64,000 bases of DNA from an uncultured Verrucomicrobiae bacterium (GCA_963764165.1 CAVXRD010000001.1:1568001-1632000); one strand, 5' to 3'; counted from the stretch's first letter, positions 19,816 through 30,347 are shown. Made by a program: numbers and translations. The notes: generated by a model not told the origin, from the sequence alone.

Positions 19816-21462
19816 ATGGCAGGACTTCCAAAAAAACCGCTCGGACCGGCATGGCGCGTACTTTTGCTTTTGTTTCCGCTGCTCGCGCCGGCGGCGGTGC
19901 AGGCTCAGTACGCCTACTCACTCAACGCCGACGGGGTTTCTGTCACCATCACCGATTATACTGGCCCCGCAGGCAGCGTCATCATTCCCAGCAGCCTCAA
20001 CGGATATGCGGTCAGCGGCATTGCGGAGGATGCTTTTTTCAATTGCCAGATGACGAATGTGACGATTCCCGGCACCGTTACCGTCATTGGACCGGAGGCG
20101 TTTTATCAATGCGGCAATCTGCCCACGGTGGCGATTCCTTCCAGTGTGACGAACATCGGAGCCGGCGCGTTCGCCGCGTGCATTGACTTGAAATCCTTCA
20201 CTGTGGCGGCGCAGAACGAGTATTACGCCAGTTCACAAAGCATCTTGTTCGACAAGGGGCTGGACACGCTGGTTGAATACCCGAGCGGCGCGAGTGGAAC
20301 TTATACGATTCCGGGGACGGTCACGAACCTGGCGGACGGCGCGTTCGAAGGCTGCACGAGCATGACTCATATCACTGTTCCAACTAGCATCGCGAACATC
20401 AGCGAGTATGCCTTCGCCTACTGTTATGACATGACCAGCATTACCCTGCCGGCCACCATCACGAACATTGCCGATCATGCGTTTTACGGCTGCAACGGCC
20501 TGGGAAGCATCACGATCCCGACTAATACCACCAGCATTGGGGCCGAAGCGTTTTATGGCTGTTACGACCTTGGCAGCGTCACGATTCCCGCTGGTGTCAC
20601 GAACATCGGAGCAGGGCCGTTCGAGTGGTGCATCGGGTTGAAGACTCTTGCCGTCGCAGCCCAAAATCCCTCATACAGCAGCGCCAGCAATGTCTTGTTC
20701 GACAAGAGCCAGGACACGCTCATCCAATTTCCCGGCGGGCTCAACGGAAGCTACACCATTCCCGGAAGCGTCAATGCCATAGCATCTTCCGCCTTCGCAG
20801 GCTGCCAATCGTTGAAAAACGTCGCGATTCCTTCGAGCGTTAAAAATATCGGAGATAATGCGTTCTATGAATGTTACGACCTGGCCAATATCACGATTCC
20901 CGGCGGCGTCACCAATCTCGGCGCCAATCTGTTTTATGGCTGCAATGGATTGACGAATGTTACGATTGCCTCAGGCATCACCAACATCGGGAGTGATGAC
21001 TTCTACGGCTGCTATGGGCTGACGAGCGTGACCGTTCCCGCCAGCGTCACCAGCCTTTATGATGGAGCGTTCGAGTACTGCGTTCATTTGACTACCTTGT
21101 ATTTTCTAGGCAACGCGCCCAGCGCCGACACAACCGTGTTCACGCACGACGCCGACTCGCCAACGATATATTATTTGCCCGGGACAACTGGCTGGAGTTC
21201 CAGTTTTGCCGGAGAGACGGCGGTCGAGTGGAACGCGCTGATACAAGTCAGCGATGGAAATTTTGGCGTGCGAGGCAATCAATTCGGATTCGACATTGCT
21301 GGATCGGCGAATATCCCCATCGTCGTGGAAGCCTGCACGAATCTGGCCAACCCGGTATGGACGCCGTTGGAATCGGCCACTTTGACAAACGGGCTGGTTT
21401 ATTTCAGCGATTCTAACTCGATCAGTTTTCCCGCCCGCTTTTACCGCGTCAGTTCACCCTAG
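19816..21462 (+). CDS. BspA-type leucine-rich repeat (LRR_5) surface protein
   Basis: Repeated IP.SVT.IG..AF..C..L..; signal peptide; C-terminal ARFYRVSSP. Confidence 0.92.
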   Translation: MAGLPKKPLGPAWRVLLLLFPLLAPAAVQAQYAYSLNADGVSVTITDYTGPAGSVIIPSSLNGYAVSGIAEDAFFNCQMTNVTIPGTVTVIGPEAFYQCGNLPTVAIPSSVTNIGAGAFAACIDLKSFTVAAQNEYYASSQSILFDKGLDTLVEYPSGASGTYTIPGTVTNLADGAFEGCTSMTHITVPTSIANISEYAFAYCYDMTSITLPATITNIADHAFYGCNGLGSITIPTNTTSIGAEAFYGCYDLGSVTIPAGVTNIGAGPFEWCIGLKTLAVAAQNPSYSSASNVLFDKSQDTLIQFPGGLNGSYTIPGSVNAIASSAFAGCQSLKNVAIPSSVKNIGDNAFYECYDLANITIPGGVTNLGANLFYGCNGLTNVTIASGITNIGSDDFYGCYGLTSVTVPASVTSLYDGAFEYCVHLTTLYFLGNAPSADTTVFTHDADSPTIYYLPGTTGWSSSFAGETAVEWNALIQVSDGNFGVRGNQFGFDIAGSANIPIVVEACTNLANPVWTPLESATLTNGLVYFSDSNSISFPARFYRVSSP

Positions 21463-21478
21463 CGAAGACGGTCGAACT

Positions 21479-23890
21479 ATGGATTATCATCTCCACTCCG
21501 GCAAGGAAGTCCTCGGTGTGTTTCCGTTGGAGGAATTGCGGCGGCGGCGGCTTGACGGGCGGTTGACCGGCAATGAAATGGTTTGGCGCCAGGGGATGCC
21601 CAACTGGAGACCGTTGGATGAAGCGCTGGGCATTTCGCCCAACTCCGCCCCGAACCGAAAAACCAGCCCGTGGCTGATCGTGGGCATTGCGGCCGGCGTC
21701 TTTTGCCTGATCATCGGGCTCGTGGTTTCCTTCTTCGTGGCTCGGAGGTTCGTGCAAGGATTGCGAGCCGCCAAGATACAGCATTCTCAGGGGGCAGCAA
21801 GCCCTTGGCTGGCAAACGAAAACGGAGTGGAAGCGGCCAGCCGCCCGATTCAACAGACGACCAAAACTCTTCGTCAAGCCGATGTTCAGAAAATGAACAA
21901 AGCCTTTCGCGTTCGGCAATACCTTGACGCTTACCAGCAGTTTGGGGCGCATGACCAACCTTGGGACGCGGATGCCAGATTCTTCATCCAATCTTGGATT
22001 GATAGCAACTTTGGCGGTGATGACGCAACGAACCTTCCCTACGTGCCAGCTTTGGGAGACAAACTGGCATCGAATAACGGATGCGCAGACCCGATCGTTC
22101 TGACGGTGGCCGGGGTGACTTGCGTGGAGCTTTTCGAAAGCCGCGCCCGACTCGAAAAAGCGGTGGCAGCGTTCGCCCATTCGCATTACAAGGCGTATCC
22201 AAGGATGTTCGCCACCGAGTCGCTGGCTGGCGCGTTGAAAGGCCAGGCGGCCCGTGTCAAATCGCTGGACATAGAGGCGCTGGATCTGTTTAAGGAATCT
22301 CTCCATGATGGCAGCCTGCAGGCGGCGGACCAGGAGGAACTAGCCTTCGTTTTCACGGACAATTGGGGCGCTGGCTTATTTGAGAGGCATCCCGAAAAGG
22401 TGATTTCCATCACAGAACAAGCGGGGCCGGATTTTCGCTGGCTGGCTTGCCTGCTCCGCGGCTTCGTGGAGGTCAAGCACGCCTGGAAGGCGCGCGGGGA
22501 CGGATGGGCTAATTCGGTTTCCGCAGCCGGCTGGCAGGGATTTCACGACCATCTGGCCAACGCCAACATCATCCTGACGGAAGCATGGAAGCTTCACCCG
22601 GAATGGCCGCAAGCGGCCGCGGAAATGGTAACCGTCATCATGGCTGAGTCCGATGCAGACCAGGCGCGCGACTGGTTTGATCGGGCCACCGTGGCCCAAA
22701 TTGATGACCCGGCGGCGTGGAACAACATGCGCTGGGCATTGCGCCCCCGTTGGGAAGGCAGCCTCGAGGCCTTGCGGGCTTTTGGCGCCTCCGCCATCAA
22801 TTCGGAACGCTTTGACACCGACGTGCCCCGCAAGTTTTTTGATTGTGTCACAGACATCGAAACGGATTCCAAAAATCTGCCCGGCCAGCACATTTACGGC
22901 CGTGAGGACATTTGGCCCGAGATGAAGCGAATGTATGAAGGCTACATCGCCGCGCCTTCTCAAGAGCGTTACGCCGCTGGCTGGCGGGGGTCGTACGCGA
23001 TTGTCGCCTATTTTGCGAATCACTTCGACGTCGCCCGCGAGCAATTGGAAAAGCTGGATTGGCAGTTGCCACCCGCAAAGCTTGAGGGCTGGGGAACCGA
23101 TCTTTCGCTGGTGACGTTGGAGGTGGCTGCGCGCACTGGCTCCCAAGCTCGCGAGATCACGGAAGCTGAGCACGCCCGCGACGACGACAGAATTGACGAA
23201 GCTCTGAAGCTTTATCAAAAGCTGGCGTCGTCCGCCCGGGATGAACGCACAAAACAATTCATCCAGCATCGCGTGGCCTCGCTGGCAATTGAGCAGCGGC
23301 TGCAAAAGGGCGATTGGATTGATTTCCTGCCCTCTTCCACCAACGATTTAAATTGGATTTCAGCGCGCGGGCGCTGGAATGTTCTTCCTGATGGCGCCGT
23401 CGAGATTGAGTCCGGCCCGACGGGTTCCATGCTTTTTTCCGGGGTTCGGGTCGGCACGGAATTCGAGGTCAAAGGAGAATTCGAGGCCGTGCGCTCGACG
23501 ACCGGGGATTTTCAGGCGGGGCTGGTGATGGGCCTGCCGGAGTCGAGCCAATCGGATTGGTATGCCTTCCTCGTCAAACGCAATCGCAACGAAGGCCAGA
23601 TCGCGGCGTATGCCAGGGCGTGGAGTTTGCGGGGGAGCGTGCGGCTTCCGGCAGCCGTGCATGACGGCCGGAATTCGTTTCTATTTCGACTGCGCGACGG
23701 CAAAGCCGACGCCTCCGTCAACGATGCGGAGGTCATCCACAATGCGGATAACCCCGGCTCCATACGTGTTTGCGACAATCAATTCCTTTTGGGTTTGGGC
23801 GCTTACAATGACATGAACGAAACGGTCATCCGGTATTCCAACGTGAAGGTGCGCCGGCTTGGGGGCACAGGTTCTTCGTCCGGGCGATAG
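21479..23890 (+). CDS. GYF_2 (DUF4339) domain, TM helix, TPR-like/DUF4034-like region and C-terminal beta domain
   Basis: G.F.LEEL......G.L....VWRQGM.NW.PL; AWKARGDGWA; LRPRWEGS. Confidence 0.7.
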   Translation: MDYHLHSGKEVLGVFPLEELRRRRLDGRLTGNEMVWRQGMPNWRPLDEALGISPNSAPNRKTSPWLIVGIAAGVFCLIIGLVVSFFVARRFVQGLRAAKIQHSQGAASPWLANENGVEAASRPIQQTTKTLRQADVQKMNKAFRVRQYLDAYQQFGAHDQPWDADARFFIQSWIDSNFGGDDATNLPYVPALGDKLASNNGCADPIVLTVAGVTCVELFESRARLEKAVAAFAHSHYKAYPRMFATESLAGALKGQAARVKSLDIEALDLFKESLHDGSLQAADQEELAFVFTDNWGAGLFERHPEKVISITEQAGPDFRWLACLLRGFVEVKHAWKARGDGWANSVSAAGWQGFHDHLANANIILTEAWKLHPEWPQAAAEMVTVIMAESDADQARDWFDRATVAQIDDPAAWNNMRWALRPRWEGSLEALRAFGASAINSERFDTDVPRKFFDCVTDIETDSKNLPGQHIYGREDIWPEMKRMYEGYIAAPSQERYAAGWRGSYAIVAYFANHFDVAREQLEKLDWQLPPAKLEGWGTDLSLVTLEVAARTGSQAREITEAEHARDDDRIDEALKLYQKLASSARDERTKQFIQHRVASLAIEQRLQKGDWIDFLPSSTNDLNWISARGRWNVLPDGAVEIESGPTGSMLFSGVRVGTEFEVKGEFEAVRSTTGDFQAGLVMGLPESSQSDWYAFLVKRNRNEGQIAAYARAWSLRGSVRLPAAVHDGRNSFLFRLRDGKADASVNDAEVIHNADNPGSIRVCDNQFLLGLGAYNDMNETVIRYSNVKVRRLGGTGSSSGR

Positions 23891-23966
23891 TCAAGTCCTG
23901 CGCCGGACCGATAAAATAACTGACACCACATCGGCGACCATCCGGTGTGCGATTCGAATTCAAGAT

Positions 23967-24158
23967 CCGGGCATACGCATCTTAATTCCGCGGTAGGGAC
24001 GCCTCGCCGAGGCGTCCGGTTGCGCGTGAAAATGCTTTTGGCTTTGTGCGTGAATAATGCCTCACCCCGGACGCCTCGGCGAGGCGTCCCTACCAATCAA
24101 CAAGCCTGGCGCTCGTTGATTTTCAATAGATTACAAAGAATTAAGATGTGTCTGCCAG
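23967..24158. mobile_element. MITE with ~20-bp imperfect TIRs and 10-bp target duplication, containing a REP doublet
   Basis: GGCATACGCATCTTAATTC ... GAATTAAGATGTGTCTGCC; AATTCAAGAT at 23957-23966 and 24159-24168. Confidence 0.8.
23992..24094. repeat. GTAG-type REP doublet (REPIN-like)
   Basis: GGTAGGGACGCCTCGCCGAGGCGTCCGG ... CCGGACGCCTCGGCGAGGCGTCCCTACC. Confidence 0.9.
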
Positions 24159-24203
24159 AATTCAAGATTGATCGCCCCTACTCGATGGCGTATTGAACGG
24201 AGC

Positions 24204-25979
24204 ATGGGTTTTTTCCGTCCTTTAAGCACAAAACCAAAAAACTCCGGGGAAGATTCGAAGGAACTCGATTGCTATCCAGATGGCGGGCAGCTCAAATCCT
24301 GGCACTGGATATGTGGGATTGCCGCCGGTTTGTTTTATGCGGTTTTCATTTGGAAAAATTCATTCATGGTCAGCGGCGTGCGTTTTTTTTCCCTGTTCGA
24401 TGACGGGATGATTTCGATGCGTTACGCGAAAAACCTCGCTGACGGCTTCGGTCTGCGTTGGAATCCCGGGGAAGCGCCGGTGGAGGGATACACCAATTTT
24501 CTCTGGACGCTTTACATGGCCGCAATCCATCTGCTGCCGATTGCCCTCTCCAAGACCTCGCTGCTGGTGATGCTGACCGGAGTCGCGATACTGCTGGCCA
24601 ACCTGTTGGTGGTAAAAAGCGTGGCCGAACGCATCGTCGGGAAAGATTCTTATGTGCCGCTGATAGCTGTTTTTCTCACCGCGTTTTATTATCCCCTGAT
24701 CTACTGGACACTCAGAGGGATGGAGGTCGGTTTCTTTTGTTTGCTGATCAACGCAGCTATACTTGCCGCGTTCCGCCTCGAAGACCGCTACTCTCTCGCC
24801 GAGGTATGGTGGTTGGCTTTGGCTTGCTGTGCGGCAGTGCTGACACGTCCTGATGCCATCGTCCCTATAGCCGTCATCGGCATGTTCTTGCTCTATGTTA
24901 TCTGGCAGCATGGCTTTAAGCGCGGCTACTTGATCATTCCGTTTGCCATCGCTGCAGTGGCGGCGGGTCAGACGGCGTTTCGGGTGGCATACTACGGCGA
25001 TCCACTTCCCAATACCTATTATCTGAAAGTGACCGGAGTGACGCTGTTGGAACGAGGCGCTCGCGGTTTTGAGGTGCTATATCAAGTTGCTCTCTATCAT
25101 CTCTGGCCGGTCCTATTAATTCTTGCGGTGGGATTGGCAATGAATTTCAAACGGCTGATCTCTCCAAAGGTTCTTCTGCTGCTCGGCATCTTTGCTGGGC
25201 AGGCATCCTATTCGGTCTACGTGGGTGGCGACGCCTGGGACTGGATGCTTTTTTCAAATCGTTACCTCACTGTCGCCATGCCCGCTTTGTTTGTGGCGCT
25301 GGGTCTGGCCGTCACGATGCTGTGCCAATTCCGGCAAATGGCATTGATGGTCACCCTGCCCGCTTTGGGCGTCGTGCTTTTGCAGCAATCTCTTTGGTAT
25401 TTTGAAGTCGGCTCGACAACATGGCACGGCCCGGCCCTGGCTCTGGTGGGGGCCTTGAGCGTCGCCACCGGATTGGGCATGCTCCTTCTTAACAGCAATC
25501 GTCGTGTCACTCCTTCGAGTGTGTCTCTGGCAGCAATCCTATTGGTGTGCCTGACAATGAATATCTACGGGGTGACGACCTGGTTTTCAGGGAAGGGGCA
25601 AGAAATTCAGGAAGACGCAGAGGCTTCGCGCGCCGGTTTGTTGTTGGGCCAGGGCACAGCGCCGGACACTACGATTGCCTATGTCAAAGCTGGCGCGGCG
25701 CCCTACTTTGCGGGTCGCCGGGCCATTGATTTGCTGGGCAAGAGCGATCCGGCGATAGCGAAAGGCACGCCTGCGACCAAGTTTTATCCGGGACATAACA
25801 AATGGAATTATGATTACAGCATCGGCAAGCTGAAACCCGACCTCGTCGCGGCCTTGTGGAAAGCCACGGCTGCGGACACCAACATGATGACTAATTGGGG
25901 TTATGCGCTGCTTCGCAACGGAATGTATCTTCGTCAGGAAAGCGCCAATAAGGTCAATGTCGAAGTCCTATGCCCCTAG
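24204..25979 (+). CDS. GT-C fold membrane glycosyltransferase (arabinofuranosyltransferase-like)
   Basis: FDDGMISMRYAKNLADG.G..WN.GE..VEGYTNFLW, GME, TRPD, YYGDPLPNTYY.K, IDLLG. Confidence 0.85.
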   Translation: MGFFRPLSTKPKNSGEDSKELDCYPDGGQLKSWHWICGIAAGLFYAVFIWKNSFMVSGVRFFSLFDDGMISMRYAKNLADGFGLRWNPGEAPVEGYTNFLWTLYMAAIHLLPIALSKTSLLVMLTGVAILLANLLVVKSVAERIVGKDSYVPLIAVFLTAFYYPLIYWTLRGMEVGFFCLLINAAILAAFRLEDRYSLAEVWWLALACCAAVLTRPDAIVPIAVIGMFLLYVIWQHGFKRGYLIIPFAIAAVAAGQTAFRVAYYGDPLPNTYYLKVTGVTLLERGARGFEVLYQVALYHLWPVLLILAVGLAMNFKRLISPKVLLLLGIFAGQASYSVYVGGDAWDWMLFSNRYLTVAMPALFVALGLAVTMLCQFRQMALMVTLPALGVVLLQQSLWYFEVGSTTWHGPALALVGALSVATGLGMLLLNSNRRVTPSSVSLAAILLVCLTMNIYGVTTWFSGKGQEIQEDAEASRAGLLLGQGTAPDTTIAYVKAGAAPYFAGRRAIDLLGKSDPAIAKGTPATKFYPGHNKWNYDYSIGKLKPDLVAALWKATAADTNMMTNWGYALLRNGMYLRQESANKVNVEVLCP

Positions 25980-26396
25980 AAATGGATTGTGCGTGTCCAC
26001 AAAAGGAAAGTGGCTGACGTCGCGCGTTACAACCGTCAGGCCCCAAGCGCGGGCGATTGCGGCGATGGCCGAGTCCCTCGTAGTTCGGGAATTCCAGAAG
26101 CTTTTACCGCGCTCGGCAAATATCGCAGCCGCATATTCACCCCACACTTCCGACTCCGCCGGTCCAAAGGGGAGCACAATATCGCGATAGTCTTCCCGCA
26201 GGAAGCTGATGTGCCGCAGTAAATCCGAGCGTCGCCTTCCGAAGGGTAGACGATGCACCCCGTAGTGCAATTCGCCAAAAGTGATCTCGGAAAGCGCGCA
26301 CTCATCCGCGTTCGCCTGAAGCCATGATTGAACCGCCGGATTGGGCTGCGGTTTCCACATCTCGGAAACGACGTTGGTATCGAGAAGCCAAGTCAT
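25968..26396 (-). CDS. vapC: PIN-domain toxin
   Basis: WLLDTNVVSE, ITFGEL..G, D..IAA.A...GLTVVTRD..HF. Confidence 0.92.
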   Translation of the reverse strand: MTWLLDTNVVSEMWKPQPNPAVQSWLQANADECALSEITFGELHYGVHRLPFGRRRSDLLRHISFLREDYRDIVLPFGPAESEVWGEYAAAIFAERGKSFWNSRTTRDSAIAAIARAWGLTVVTRDVSHFPFVDTHNPFLGA

Positions 26397-26626
26397 TCCT
26401 CAAGATAGGGCGGCAGCTTCAGTCCTTTGAGCCGCCTAAAATGCTCTGTTAAAGGCAAGCGGCGGCGCGGTTTTTTTCCAAGACGGGCGCGCAAGGCCGG
26501 CATCCCCAACTTCAACGACTGACGGATCACGTCGGCCTGACTCAGCTCTGTCTCTGCAGCGGTCGCCGCAAGATCCTGGGCCAATCCCTTTGACCCGGGC
26601 ACGGGAATTGTGTTAGTATGTTTCAC
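26393..26626 (-). CDS. putative RHH/CopG-like antitoxin
   Basis: Short ORF (GTG start) overlapping the vapC start by ATGA; LSQADVIRQSL. Confidence 0.6.
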   Translation of the reverse strand: MKHTNTIPVPGSKGLAQDLAATAAETELSQADVIRQSLKLGMPALRARLGKKPRRRLPLTEHFRRLKGLKLPPYLEE

Positions 26627-26706
26627 AGAGAAATCATAATCGCTGCCGGTCCCTTTGCAAGAAGTATGAGATGCGATTTCTGGCATGTCTTCATGGCACG
26701 ACGAGG

Positions 26707-28734
26707 TCACGGCGATACCACATGGAAAAACTGCTGCGGCGCCGTTGGGCTGACCCAATAAGGTGAAGTAGCATTGTTGGTTTTCCAAGGCCCTGTTAAA
26801 TTGGTCGCTTGCAACAACGTTCCTCTTGTCCAACTTAAAATCACATCGCTGCCGACCTGTTGGACGCTGATCGACTGAGCTTCGGATGCATGGCCAACGA
26901 AAGTGACCACGCTCAGCGGTGGAATCGGGTAGCTGAAGCTGGAGTTGGTAATGCCGAGCGCGGGCTGGTTTGATAGCGAAAGGCTGGCGGATGTGATCCA
27001 AGGAGTTACAACCTCGGCAGTGAATGAGGCCAGATTAAAAATCTGCGTTACGGCCGTGGATCCGGCGTTGGCGGCCACGATGGCAAAATTGCCGGAGGCG
27101 GGATCCTTGTAGGCGCTGATCTCGGTGAAAGCGTTGTTGGAAACTCCAATCCGGCAGTAACCCGGACGCACGAAACGGCTGTAATTGCCGAGCGCATATA
27201 ATCGTTTGGCTGGATTGCCGTAAAGATCGGTCAACCCCTCGTTGTCATTGTTATTATTGCCAGCGATCAGCCACCAGTAATTGAATGCGTTCACTTGTGC
27301 CTCGGTCATGAAGAGATGAATCCGGCTGGCCCAATACATGGCGTTGCTCATGCTGCCATCGAAGGGTGTGTAGGTGGAGACTTCCGACTCCCAAAGTGCC
27401 GCGTTCGTATTGGAATACTTCGGCAGCACGGATGGCATGATGCTAGGCGGGGAACCGTCATAATCGTGGCAGGCGATGATGCCGACGTTGGTGGCCAAAG
27501 TTGGATCGCTCATCGCTGCCGCATAATAATTGGTTTGCCAATTGTCGTCTTCCGCTACCATGATTTTTGTGGAGGCCACGTTGCTGGCGATCAGCGCCGC
27601 GTGAATGTATGGGACAAAATCATGGATCTGTTGCGGAGTCCACAGACACGACGGGTAATTAGCCGCAATATCGGGTTCGTTTTGGATCGACAGGGCATAG
27701 ATGTTGACGCCGCAGCGAGTCTCCATGTCGAGCACGAAACCGGCCAGTTCGCTGGCGTATGCCTGATCATTGGAAGAGACAAAGCTCCCTCCATTGAGAC
27801 TATTATTATCTTTGAATGCTGCATCCGGCGTGTAGGGAGCGCACCAGACCCGGGCGCCACGGGCTTGGGCCAATTGCATGACATTGGTTTCCACCGTCGT
27901 TCCTGCCACGATGACTGATTTCAGCAATGAAAGGCCGATGCCCGTGTTGGTCGAAAAAAACATATCGGCTTGAGCCGTGGTCAAATTGGTTTCAAAACCC
28001 GAGGAAGCGCCAAAGCCGTCTATCCTTTGATGCACCTCATTCCAATTCACAACACAGTTGGTGCTCGCGGGAGCGGCGCCTGAAAATTGGATGTTATCCA
28101 CCCAGCACGTTGAAGCGCCGCTCAAGGGCGTGTAATAGGGCCCGTAGATGTGAAGGATCACATTGTAGATGTTCGTCAAATTCGGATCACTCGCGGGATT
28201 GACGGGCACGCTCACATGGAGCCAATTGGTGGCGCTGGCGGGAATATCAACGGCGCCGAACCAATCCTGCCCCCACCCCACCGCGACGCCAAATTGCAAA
28301 TGGCCGAAGAGCGCTGCTCCGCTGTTCGTCGCGGTGGCGGAGCCGGGAGCGAAGCGGATGTCGCATTCAAAATTGGTGTATTGCACCCCGTTTACCGGCG
28401 GCAGGACGCCGATAAAGTCATAAACCGCCCACTGGCTGTTCCCATCCGGGCCGTCGAAGTTGGCGGTGATTTTCATTGAACCCGAAGCGGGATTGGCCCC
28501 GGCATCATTGGTGGAGTCCCAAGCCAAAGACCGAAAAGCGCCGCCAAACCAATTCGTCCAGACATTGGTAATCTGGCCGCTCGCGTAGTTATTGCTGGCA
28601 GGGCCCGATGGATTGAACTGATCAACGACAGCCACGCTTTGAGCAAAACTATTCGCGCAAACAAGACCGACAATCCCCAAAAATGCGAAAACGCATCCTG
28701 CATCTCGAAGATGGTGTAATCGTTTGCTTCTCAT
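26707..28734 (-). CDS. glycoside hydrolase family 30 (xylanase-like) with unassigned N-terminal domain
   Basis: HQRIDGFGAS, YALSIQNEPD, LWESE, AFNYWW, GNYSRFVRPGY.RI. Confidence 0.9.
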   Translation of the reverse strand: MRSKRLHHLRDAGCVFAFLGIVGLVCANSFAQSVAVVDQFNPSGPASNNYASGQITNVWTNWFGGAFRSLAWDSTNDAGANPASGSMKITANFDGPDGNSQWAVYDFIGVLPPVNGVQYTNFECDIRFAPGSATATNSGAALFGHLQFGVAVGWGQDWFGAVDIPASATNWLHVSVPVNPASDPNLTNIYNVILHIYGPYYTPLSGASTCWVDNIQFSGAAPASTNCVVNWNEVHQRIDGFGASSGFETNLTTAQADMFFSTNTGIGLSLLKSVIVAGTTVETNVMQLAQARGARVWCAPYTPDAAFKDNNSLNGGSFVSSNDQAYASELAGFVLDMETRCGVNIYALSIQNEPDIAANYPSCLWTPQQIHDFVPYIHAALIASNVASTKIMVAEDDNWQTNYYAAAMSDPTLATNVGIIACHDYDGSPPSIMPSVLPKYSNTNAALWESEVSTYTPFDGSMSNAMYWASRIHLFMTEAQVNAFNYWWLIAGNNNNDNEGLTDLYGNPAKRLYALGNYSRFVRPGYCRIGVSNNAFTEISAYKDPASGNFAIVAANAGSTAVTQIFNLASFTAEVVTPWITSASLSLSNQPALGITNSSFSYPIPPLSVVTFVGHASEAQSISVQQVGSDVILSWTRGTLLQATNLTGPWKTNNATSPYWVSPTAPQQFFHVVSP

Positions 28735-28884
28735 GCGGCTTGAGAAGCCTATCCGGTTTCCGCGCTGAAGTCGCCGCTAAAGTTATTGCTGCGTTTCACC
28801 TCGCTATGCTCCAAATCCGCGCCGCGCTCACAATCAGGCAACTGCTGATATGCGCTTACGCGGGCGACCCCTCCGGCATTTTTC

Positions 28885-29418
28885 CTATTTCTTCAAATAC
28901 TCGTCCAACCGTTCCTTTTCGGTTTGCGCATGGGCGATCTCGTTGGTCAAGTGCCGGTATCGGATTTGAAGCAATGAATGGATCTGCTCGTCCAGGGATT
29001 TGCCGGAAAGGATGTTTGTGTCGAAGTCATGGCCCAGCGGAACAACGCTATAGTCATCGAATGCCTGGCAGTCCTTGCCATCGAAGAAGTTGGCGAATAT
29101 AAGATACGCATCGCCCTGCGCCGGCCACTTCGTGGAGCGAAGGATTGCCGCCGTGCCAGAGTTGAACTTCTCGCCCTTTAGAGTCGCAACAATCTCGATA
29201 TCGGAAGTAAGGACTCCGCGGGACGGGTTAAACATTACCCCCCCGTTTGTAAGCTTGGTCCGCCATGGTATGCCCTTGGATGTTGCCACGAGAATGGACG
29301 ATGAACCATCAACTGTATTGTTCCAGTCGATAAATGGGGATGCCGGAAAAGCGAGTGCGGACACAGTCGCTACCAGCAATAAGAGAAACAATGTCTTTTT
29401 TCGGAAGTGCGTGATCAT
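28885..29418 (-). CDS. hypothetical secreted protein
   Basis: 177-aa ORF with a signal-peptide-like N-terminus. Confidence 0.65.
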   Translation of the reverse strand: MITHFRKKTLFLLLLVATVSALAFPASPFIDWNNTVDGSSSILVATSKGIPWRTKLTNGGVMFNPSRGVLTSDIEIVATLKGEKFNSGTAAILRSTKWPAQGDAYLIFANFFDGKDCQAFDDYSVVPLGHDFDTNILSGKSLDEQIHSLLQIRYRHLTNEIAHAQTEKERLDEYLKK

Positions 29419-29625
29419 AGCAATTCATCTTAAATTTAAAGTTACCCAAAAGTCAAATTTCGTTCCACTCATGGATTTTCCCACAAATCATCCAACGGTT
29501 GGTTTAAAACGCGCATAATCTGTGAATTGCGCTATTAGTCCACTGCTCGTGCCTGTGGCATAAATGGCAAGCATTGGCCAGTTCCAGCGGTCTATTCGCT
29601 CTTAATCACAGTAATCTCCACTGAA

Positions 29626-30347
29626 TTAAATCGCCGCAAACGAAAAACCATTTTCCCGCCTGTTTTTTTCAATTCGCTCGAACACCTGAAATTGCAATCT
29701 TAATTGATAAATATCGCATTTATGTAGATCAAATTGCTCCTCCGGTGAATAAAATGTACGCGTAGTCAGTCCGCTTGGAAGAGCACGAAATGAGTCAAAC
29801 CCCTGCGGATTAGTCCCACGTGCCGTCCGGACACGTAGAAAACGGCTCACTTCGACAGCATCCATCTCATCAGGAGAATCCCTGAGATCAAAAAATGGAT
29901 TCCCCCAGCGTTCTCCCGCCGCCTCGAAATATCCGTCCATGTTCAGGTCTTGGACAAAATGAACAGGCTCGCCCCACGGATCCATGATTTTCCTCGACCG
30001 GACAAAAGAACGGTCCTCTTTGACAAAATCGTCGTCTTTCAAAAAGGCCGCAAACCCTTCAATCTCGATTTCCTCACCTCGCCCAGTCGGCTTAAACCGC
30101 TCCGGGTGCAACTCATAATAAGCACACATTCCCGGATTGATGTAGTAGGGCAGTTCGCGCCATTCGGTGTTTTTTCTTCCGCGCGAGCCCGCCCCTGCGA
30201 CTCCGATTGTCCCGACCCCTCCCCAAGGCCTGTCGGGAACAAACCGCACGATGGAATTAAGCAGGCAAGAACAGCCGCCGCCATTGCCACGATCCAAAGG
30301 CCCAGGATTATTGAGAACCTCGCGAAAATGAAGTTATGCCTGTTCAT
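29626..30347 (-). pseudogene. hypothetical membrane-anchored protein, probably frameshifted near 30180
   Basis: TM-like start in ORF 30039-30401 and a globular continuation (DPWGEP) in ORF 29626-30297. Confidence 0.4.
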
